From NCBI GenBank assembly GCA_038060895.1, contig JBBTCT010000043.1:1-30312 (forward strand): a DNA stretch of 30,312 nt, written 5' to 3'. The notes below the pieces were generated by a model. It was not told where the DNA came from. It was given only the letters and a program-made list of their open reading frames with translations, and did no database searches. A program made the position numbers and the translations under genes. Of the stretch, positions 15,854-22,540 are shown one piece after another. Each line of letters begins with the position of its first letter. Within the stretch, counting starts at the first letter, position 1. The DNA comes from Planctomycetota bacterium. GTDB taxonomy: Bacteria > Planctomycetota > MHYJ01 > WSZJ01.

Positions 15854-18259
15854 ATGCGCGTCCCCAACCTCGCCTCAATCGTCTTCTCTGCGGTCGCGCT
15901 TTCTGCGCTGGCCGAAGAAGCGCCTTCGCCGAAGCCGGTGCTTGAGATTGCCGAGCCTGCGGCGATGACCCTCGAGAGGGTCCCGTTCAAGACGGAGTCC
16001 GAGTTGACCGGAGTGGCCTGGTCCCCCGACGGCAGGTCGATTGCTTCGTGCGAAGAGGGAACGACCCTCACGATCTGGTCCGCTTCGTCGGGTCACCGGG
16101 TCAAGTCCTGGAGCACCGAGCGCCTGATCGCGCGCGCGATCGCCTGGTCGCCGGTGGGCGACCTGGTCGTCGTCGGGTTCGCGGACGAAGTGGCGGCGTG
16201 GGACGCAAAGACGGGGCAACTCAAGCGCCGTATCCCGCATCGGGAAATCGTCGTCGCACTCGCGTTTCTTCCGGGCACGGCAAGGCTCGTCAGCGCGGGG
16301 GAATTCGGAGAGTTGAAGCTGACGGATCTCTCCGGGACCGGCGAGCCGATTGTCCTCCCGTCGCCTTGCAAGTCGATTCGCTCGATTGCCATTTCCGAGG
16401 ACGGCAATCGTCTCGCGATCGGGGGGAACAATCCTCCCGCCGCCGTTGTGGATTTGTCCAAGGGCGAAGTCGTCCAGCGCTATGGCACCGATCTCGCCGC
16501 GACGGTGACCTGGGTCGAGTGGAGCGTCCAGAAGCACGGGCTCCTGGCACGCTTCGAATCGGGACCGGTTTGCGAATTCGACTCGGCTACAGGAGAGAAA
16601 TTTCGAATCCATGACGGCTTCCGGACCAGTGGTCTTGTCGCGCTCGGCAGGATTCCGGAGAGCGACGACCTTTTGGCTTCGTACCAGTCGGGGTACTCGT
16701 TTCGCAAGAATGCACGGCGAGACACAGCCGACTGGACCCATGACCGCACACAGGTCGGGAGCGTGCGATCCGAGCGCCCAATCGTGGCCGTGTCCCCGAA
16801 GGGCGCTTCCGTAGCTTTGCGCTGGTCGAAAGACGAATTCGCCGTCCTCGATGCCACGTCCGGCAACGTGCGTATCGGTGGCGAGACGAAGAACAAACCG
16901 AAGTTCCTCGCCTGGTCCCCGGACGGAAAGTCGCTCTTCACCAGCCGCGGCGGGTCGGAAGTTCAGGCCTTCGATTCCACGACGGGTCAGCGGCTGCGCG
17001 GGTACGTGGCAGCCGGGAACCAGCTGCTCGGACTCGCCGCGCGAGAGGACGGAGCGCTCCTCGCCGCCTCTTTCGGCGCTGCCTGGCTCCGCGTCACCGA
17101 TCTCACGAACGGCCATGACCTCGTGCGGGAGGTGGTGCGAGAGGTTCCCGCCTATGCCGCCCTTTCCCAGGACGGAAGAATCTTCGCATGGTGGCAGGAT
17201 GATGTCCTGCGCGTTCGCGATCTCACAGGGATGCAGGAGCTTCCGTCGATACGAGCGCTTGCAGAGCCAAAATCCGGCTACGCCACGCTCAGCCCGCGAG
17301 GCGACATCCTCATCCAGTTCGGCACCGAACGCCGACGCGTCGTCTACTCGGACACAGAGACGGGGGCGGTCCTTCGCGAAATGGCGTATGGAGATTCGAT
17401 GCAACCCACGGCGGGTGTCCTGTCGCAAGATGGTTCTTTGACCGCGCTCTGCGGGAAGTGGGGTCAGCTGCAGATTTGCTTCTCAGGCCAGAGGTTTCCA
17501 GTCGAACTCAATTTCAGGGGTAATGGCATCGAAGGAATCCGATTCGCGCCGGAAGGACGCCGGCTCGCGGTCCTCGACCAACGATTGCACGTCTTTGACC
17601 TGAGAGAGGCGGACGCGATGGGTCAATGGTGGTCCCTCTCGCCCGCGCAATGCCTGGCCTGGTCCCCGGATGGACGCCTCGTCGCGACTCTGCACAAGGA
17701 CGGAGCGACTCGCGTCTGGGACATTCCCATGCCAGCGCCGCAGGAACGATCGTCTCTTCGCGATCCCATCCTCGACTGGGGAGAGCTCGCCTGCCAGCGC
17801 GCCGACCGGGCGTTCGAAGCGGCGGGACGGCTCGAAAGAGGCGGCACGGCAGCGGCGGCGCTTCTCCGCGAAAAACTGGCTGAGAAGGAAAACCAGCCGC
17901 ACATCCGCGACCTGATCGTGCAGCTGGCCGACGAATCGTTTGTGCGGCGGCAATCGGCGCGCGAAGAGCTTCACTGGCTGGGCGTGCAGGCCGAGCCGGA
18001 GCTCCTGCGCGCGATCGCCGGCCAGCCTCCCGGGGCGTGGCGCAGCGAACTGGAATCCCTGATTCGACTGGCCGAGAGCCGCGTAGGGCCGTCGTCGCAG
18101 AATTTGAGGCGGCAGCGCGCCATGCAGGTCCTCGAGGGGATCGGGAGCACGGAGGCCACCGATGTCCTGCGCCACCTTTCAAGCGAGTCGCCGTCCCCGC
18201 GGGAGAGATCCGACGCGCAGGACGCCCTGCGGCGAATCGAGATGCGCTCCGCAAAATAG
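15854..18259 (+). CDS. Exported WD40-repeat (probable double beta-propeller) protein with C-terminal HEAT-like helical domain, ~801 aa
   Basis: Signal peptide MRVPNLASIVFSAVALSALA; many AWSPDG, AFLPG, ALSQDG repeats ending in RVWD; helical tail LIVQLADESFVRRQSAREEL..RAMQVLEGIGS; CATAAT at 15833-15838. Confidence 0.85.
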   Translation: MRVPNLASIVFSAVALSALAEEAPSPKPVLEIAEPAAMTLERVPFKTESELTGVAWSPDGRSIASCEEGTTLTIWSASSGHRVKSWSTERLIARAIAWSPVGDLVVVGFADEVAAWDAKTGQLKRRIPHREIVVALAFLPGTARLVSAGEFGELKLTDLSGTGEPIVLPSPCKSIRSIAISEDGNRLAIGGNNPPAAVVDLSKGEVVQRYGTDLAATVTWVEWSVQKHGLLARFESGPVCEFDSATGEKFRIHDGFRTSGLVALGRIPESDDLLASYQSGYSFRKNARRDTADWTHDRTQVGSVRSERPIVAVSPKGASVALRWSKDEFAVLDATSGNVRIGGETKNKPKFLAWSPDGKSLFTSRGGSEVQAFDSTTGQRLRGYVAAGNQLLGLAAREDGALLAASFGAAWLRVTDLTNGHDLVREVVREVPAYAALSQDGRIFAWWQDDVLRVRDLTGMQELPSIRALAEPKSGYATLSPRGDILIQFGTERRRVVYSDTETGAVLREMAYGDSMQPTAGVLSQDGSLTALCGKWGQLQICFSGQRFPVELNFRGNGIEGIRFAPEGRRLAVLDQRLHVFDLREADAMGQWWSLSPAQCLAWSPDGRLVATLHKDGATRVWDIPMPAPQERSSLRDPILDWGELACQRADRAFEAAGRLERGGTAAAALLREKLAEKENQPHIRDLIVQLADESFVRRQSAREELHWLGVQAEPELLRAIAGQPPGAWRSELESLIRLAESRVGPSSQNLRRQRAMQVLEGIGSTEATDVLRHLSSESPSPRERSDAQDALRRIEMRSAK

Positions 18260-18274
18260 TTCTTCCTCGCCGCT

Positions 18275-19429
18275 TCAAACGACAACGCCAAACACCGCCT
18301 TCAAGTACCGCCCCTCCGGATAAAGCGTGCTCACAGGATGATCCGGCGCGGCGCCCGCGATGCGGAAGATGCGGTACTCGCGATCCGCCGAACGCGCCGC
18401 CTCGCGCACGATGTCCAGGAACTCCTCTTCCGGCACCAGCCCGCTGCACGAGCAGGTGACGAGAACGCCGCCTTTGGCGACCACGCCGAACGCGAGGCGG
18501 TTCATGTCGTAGTAGGCGCGGCGGGCCTTGCCGAGCTCGAGCTTGTTGCGGGCGAGCTTGGCGGGGTCGAGGATGACGAGGTCGAACTCCGAAGGGCGAG
18601 GCATGGTGCGCAGGACGTCGAAGATGTCGCCGTGCTTCCATTCGATCGCGAGCTTGTTCAGCTTCGCGTTGCGTTTGGCGGTCTCGAGCGCGTCTTCGTC
18701 GAGGTCCACTCCGAGGACTTTTTTCGCGCCGGCCTTGGCCGCGTGCACGGCGAAGCCGCCCGTATAGCAGCACAAGTCGAGCACGCTCTTCCCCGAAGCG
18801 ATCGCCGCCACCGCGCGCCGGTTGTCGCGCTGGTCGCAGAAGAATCCCGTCTTGTGCCCCGTCGCGAAATTCACGCGGAACTGCGCGCCGTGCTCCGCGA
18901 TCACGATCGGCGCGGGCGGTTGCTCGTCGGGCATCGCGAAACCCTCGTTCTCCATCGCGCGCTCGTCGGCGACGAAATAGACCGACCCATTCGGGAAGAT
19001 CTTCTTCAGCGACGCCCGCAACGCTTCCCTCCTCACGAACCACCCGCGCGACCAGAGCTGGGCGACGACGACGGGGCCGAAGAGATCCAGGATCAGGCCC
19101 GTGAGCCCGTCGCCTTCGGCGTGGGCGGCGCGGTAGGCCTCGGTGACTTCCGGCAGCTTCAGCGTGTCGCGGCGGAACGCGACCGCGGAGCGCAGCCGCT
19201 CGTCGATAAAGTCGTCGCTTTCCTCCCGGCGCGTCGAGAGCAGCCGGATCGTGATCTCGGAGTCCGGGTTGTAGAACCCCGTCCCCACGAACGCGCCCGT
19301 CCGGTCCGCGACATCAACGAGCGACCCCGGCTCGACGCTCCGGTCGGCGTACTCGACCATTTTCCGGAAGAAGAACAGATGGCCCCGCGTGCCGGGGACG
19401 CGGAGGTTGACGACGGGACGGGCGGGCAT
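18275..19429 (-). CDS. rlmI: Class I SAM-dependent rRNA m5C methyltransferase (RlmI family), ~384 aa
   Basis: PUA-like N-terminus, EGDGLTGLILD, GHKTGFFCDQRDNR, VLDLCCYTGGF, ILDP, catalytic TCSCS, PDHP..YLK. Confidence 0.88.
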   Translation of the reverse strand: MPARPVVNLRVPGTRGHLFFFRKMVEYADRSVEPGSLVDVADRTGAFVGTGFYNPDSEITIRLLSTRREESDDFIDERLRSAVAFRRDTLKLPEVTEAYRAAHAEGDGLTGLILDLFGPVVVAQLWSRGWFVRREALRASLKKIFPNGSVYFVADERAMENEGFAMPDEQPPAPIVIAEHGAQFRVNFATGHKTGFFCDQRDNRRAVAAIASGKSVLDLCCYTGGFAVHAAKAGAKKVLGVDLDEDALETAKRNAKLNKLAIEWKHGDIFDVLRTMPRPSEFDLVILDPAKLARNKLELGKARRAYYDMNRLAFGVVAKGGVLVTCSCSGLVPEEEFLDIVREAARSADREYRIFRIAGAAPDHPVSTLYPEGRYLKAVFGVVV

Positions 19430-19538
19430 CGCGGGATTATCGAGGCAAGGCCGTCTCCGCGCTTCCCTTTTCACCCATTCTTAACCCCCAGCGAATCAAC
19501 CTCCCCCGCCCCACCCCAACCAAGTAACCTTCCCCCCG

Positions 19539-20618
19539 ATGATCCTCACCCGCTACGTCTTCGCCGAAACCCTCCGCTCCTTTCTTCTCGCCTTCGGCGG
19601 CCTCTCCTCCGTCATCTTCATCGCCGCCACCCTCGCGCAGGTCCACCAGGTCCAGGGCGTCTCCCTCACGCTCCTCCTGCAGCTCTTCCCCTCCCTCATC
19701 CCCGAAGTCCTCCTCCTCACCATCCCCGCTTCGCTCCTTCTCTCCGTCACGTTCACTATCGGCCGGCTCGCCGGCGACAACGAGCTCAACGCCATGCGCG
19801 CCAATGGCCTCCACCTCGGCCGCGTCCTCGCTCCCGGCCTCCTCCTCGGCGCACTCCTCTCCCTCGCCTGCGCCTGGCTCCACCAGGTCGGCGTCCCCAA
19901 CGCCGTCTACGCCCGCAGAAATCTCCTCGGCCGCGCCCTCGAGGGCCTCACCGGCTCCTCCGGCTCCGCGCTCCGCCAGGTCCGCCTCGGAAAACAGTTC
20001 ATCCGCTTCAAGGACTTCCGTAACGGCGCGATGATCGAAGCGGATATTTTCCTCGTAGATCCGAAGGGCGGCAAGGAGAGCATCCGGGCCCGGGAGGCGC
20101 GCCTCGTGCTTGATGAGGAAAACGCGCGCCTCATTCTCGACCTGAAGGACGCCATGGTCACCTATCACACGCCGGGAAGGGGCCGGGACGTGCAGAGCGA
20201 CCTCATGTTCGACCAGCTGACGCGCGACATCGACGTCTCGGACCGCTTCACGAAGGGACGCCGTCTTCCCGACATGCTGCCGGCGGACCTGTGGAGTGCG
20301 ATGCACGGCCGCGTGAAGTCGCGTTACGGGGACAACCAGCTGTGGACTGAATTTCATCGCCGGATCGCGTGGGCCGGCGCACCGCTCTTCTTCGCCGTGG
20401 CCGCCGGGCCCCTGTCCATGCTTCTCCGGCGCGGAGGCCGCGTCGCCGCGCTGGCGGCCGTGGTGCTCCCGGTCTTCGGCGCCTACTTTCCTCTCGCGAT
20501 CGGCGGACAACGTCTCGCGGAGCAGGGGCTCGTCCCGGCATTCGTCGGCGCGTGGGCGGCCGACGCCGTCCTCGCCGCGGCCGGGGCGCTGACATTCCGG
20601 AGGTTCGTGCGGCTGTGA
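19539..20618 (+). CDS. lptF: LptF/LptG-family LPS export ABC transporter permease (first of pair)
   Basis: MILTRY start, TIPASLL, GRLAGDNELNAMRANG, periplasmic beta region, EFHRRIA, C-terminal AWAAD. The F/G assignment rests on gene order. Confidence 0.82.
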   Translation: MILTRYVFAETLRSFLLAFGGLSSVIFIAATLAQVHQVQGVSLTLLLQLFPSLIPEVLLLTIPASLLLSVTFTIGRLAGDNELNAMRANGLHLGRVLAPGLLLGALLSLACAWLHQVGVPNAVYARRNLLGRALEGLTGSSGSALRQVRLGKQFIRFKDFRNGAMIEADIFLVDPKGGKESIRAREARLVLDEENARLILDLKDAMVTYHTPGRGRDVQSDLMFDQLTRDIDVSDRFTKGRRLPDMLPADLWSAMHGRVKSRYGDNQLWTEFHRRIAWAGAPLFFAVAAGPLSMLLRRGGRVAALAAVVLPVFGAYFPLAIGGQRLAEQGLVPAFVGAWAADAVLAAAGALTFRRFVRL

Positions 20619-21688
20619 AAACACTCGACCGCTACGTCCTCAAAGCCTGGCTGGGCGCATTCCTCGCCTCGGCGTTCGCCCTCGTCGGTCTCTTTCTCAT
20701 CTCCGACCTCCTCGGACGCCTCGACAATTTCTTCGACGCAAAGGAAGTCAATCGCCTTTCGCTGGTCCTGCGCTTCTACGGCGTTCGACTCCCCCTCTTC
20801 TTCGTGTGGGTCGCGCCCATGATCTCGCTGTGCGCCATGATGCTCACCCTCACTCGCTTTGCCCGCGCGAATGAAATCGTCCCGGTGCTGGTGAGCGGCC
20901 GAAGCGCCCGACGCTTTCTTGCGCCGGCGTTTGTCGGGTCGGCGCTCGTGTCGGGGATGATGTTCGCGGTGGACGAAAAAGTCGCGCCGGCAATGGCGGA
21001 GACGTTTCGAGAGACGGAGCAGGCAGTGAAAGGCGGCCGGGACTCGGAGCAGGTGGTCGCGAGCGACCGGTTGGGGCAGGACTGGATCGCGGAGAAGTAC
21101 CGGGCCGGAAGCGGCGCGATGGAACGAGTGCTCGTGGTGCGGCTGGACGGCGAGTTTCGACGAGTCGCCGATCTGCAGGCGGAAACTGCGGAATGGAAGC
21201 GGCGGCAGGGAGGATGGCTGCTGAAGAACGGTGTTGAGACGACGTACGACCCGGTCCGCCAACGGAGGCTGGAGCGAAAGTCGATTCCTCCGGAAGGATT
21301 GCTGCTGAAGTCGGACTTGCGGCCGCAGGACATCGAGGAGTCGCACCAGGTCTTCCGGATGGCGACACTGTCGCAGCTCGACCGGAACATGCGCGAGTTT
21401 CCGTTTCAACCGTTCTGGCGCGTGCAGTGGCACGCCAAGTGGACGATGCCGCTGTCGAATCTCGTGCTGCTGCTGATCGGGATTCCGCTTCTGATGCGAA
21501 GCGGCACCCGGAATGTTTTTGCGGGCGTTGCGATCACGCTGGGCCTGGGGATCGTTTTCTTCGCGACGATCCTGGCGTTCCTGGACGCGGGGAACGCGGG
21601 ACGGCTGGATCCGGTGACGGCGGCGTGGTTTCCTATCGTGTTTTTCGGCGCAGTGGGGGTTGCCATGGTGGATTCGATGGCTACGTGA
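20615..21688 (+). CDS. lptG: LptF/LptG-family LPS export ABC transporter permease (second of pair), ~357 aa
   Basis: GTG start overlapping the lptF stop; KTLDRY, RANEIVPVLVSG, WHAKWTMPL, LDPVTAAWFP. Confidence 0.82.
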   Translation: MKTLDRYVLKAWLGAFLASAFALVGLFLISDLLGRLDNFFDAKEVNRLSLVLRFYGVRLPLFFVWVAPMISLCAMMLTLTRFARANEIVPVLVSGRSARRFLAPAFVGSALVSGMMFAVDEKVAPAMAETFRETEQAVKGGRDSEQVVASDRLGQDWIAEKYRAGSGAMERVLVVRLDGEFRRVADLQAETAEWKRRQGGWLLKNGVETTYDPVRQRRLERKSIPPEGLLLKSDLRPQDIEESHQVFRMATLSQLDRNMREFPFQPFWRVQWHAKWTMPLSNLVLLLIGIPLLMRSGTRNVFAGVAITLGLGIVFFATILAFLDAGNAGRLDPVTAAWFPIVFFGAVGVAMVDSMAT

Positions 21689-21775
21689 GGGGTGGGAGTG
21701 GGGAGTCGTGAGGAGTGAGTAGGGGGTAGTAGGTAGGGGGTAGGGAGCAGGAGTCGGATTTCGGATGGCGGGGAC
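21689..21775. repeat. G-rich degenerate heptamer tandem tract between lptG and moeB
   Basis: GTGGGAG TGGGGAG TCGTGAG GAGTGAG TAGGGGG TAGTAGG TAGGGGG TAGGGAG CAGGAGT CGGATTT CGGATGG in 7-nt phase. Confidence 0.8.
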
Positions 21776-21778
21776 ACG

Positions 21779-22525
21779 ATGGGGTTCAGCGAAGAGCAGA
21801 TTCACCGGTATGCGCGTCACCTGGTGCTCCGCGAGGTGGGCGGGGTGGGGCAGCGCCGGCTCCTCGATGCCCGCGTGCTTGTGGTCGGCGCCGGCGGGCT
21901 CGGATGTCCTGCGGCCCTCTACCTTGCCGCGGCGGGAGTCGGGCAGATCGCCATCGCGGACCCGGACGCCGTCGCCCTTGAAAACCTTCAGCGCCAGATT
22001 CTGTACGGAAACGCGGATGTCGGGCTGGGGAAGGCTGAAGCGGCTGCGTCGGCCCTTCGCAGGCTGAACCCCGATGTCTCCGTCGAACCCCTTGCGGTCC
22101 GGGTCACCGCCGCGAACGCGCGGGTTCTGGTGAAGGGACGCTCGCTCGTTGTTGAGGGCACGGACGACCCGGAAACGAAATTCGCGATGAACGACGCGTG
22201 CGTGGCCGAGGGTGTTCCGCTGGTCATCGGCGGCGTCGTCCGCTGGAGCGGTCAGCTCATGGCGGTCCTGCCACGGAAGACGGCGTGTTACCGCTGCGTT
22301 TTCGAGAATCCGCCGGAAGCCCCCGCCGAAACCTGCGAGGCCGCTGGCGTCCTGGGTCCCGCCGCGGGCGCCGTCGGAACGCTTATGGCCGTCGAGGCCT
22401 GCAAGCTTCTCCTCGGCAAGGGAGATCCCCTCGCGGGGAGGATGCGCGTCATCGATTTCCTGGCGGGCACATCCAGGGACGTGTCGTGGTCCATCCGAAA
22501 GGACTGCGCCACCTGCAAGCGCTGA
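21779..22525 (+). CDS. moeB: HesA/MoeB/ThiF family sulfur-carrier adenylyltransferase (no rhodanese domain)
   Basis: RYARH, GAGGLG, NLQRQILY, zinc pairs CYRC and CATC, TCEAAGVLG. MoeB and ThiF cannot be distinguished here. Confidence 0.85.
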   Translation: MGFSEEQIHRYARHLVLREVGGVGQRRLLDARVLVVGAGGLGCPAALYLAAAGVGQIAIADPDAVALENLQRQILYGNADVGLGKAEAAASALRRLNPDVSVEPLAVRVTAANARVLVKGRSLVVEGTDDPETKFAMNDACVAEGVPLVIGGVVRWSGQLMAVLPRKTACYRCVFENPPEAPAETCEAAGVLGPAAGAVGTLMAVEACKLLLGKGDPLAGRMRVIDFLAGTSRDVSWSIRKDCATCKR

Positions 22526-22540
22526 ACGAATCGTTCAGCG
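22520..22540. terminator. Perfect hairpin spanning both stop codons of two convergent genes (possible bidirectional terminator)
   Basis: CGCTGAACG-AAT-CGTTCAGCG; contains TGA 22523-22525 and TCA 22535-22537; no U-tract. Confidence 0.45.

Noticed and set aside
15854-18259. Genomic island or mobile element around the WD40 gene
   Set aside because: There is no integrase, transposase, tRNA target or flanking direct repeat; only a mild codon difference was seen.
21779-22525. E1-like enzyme of a ubiquitin-like antiphage system (CBASS Cap2 or Bil type)
   Set aside because: It has canonical MoeB/ThiF size and motifs, with no E2, JAB, Ubl or CD-NTase genes nearby.
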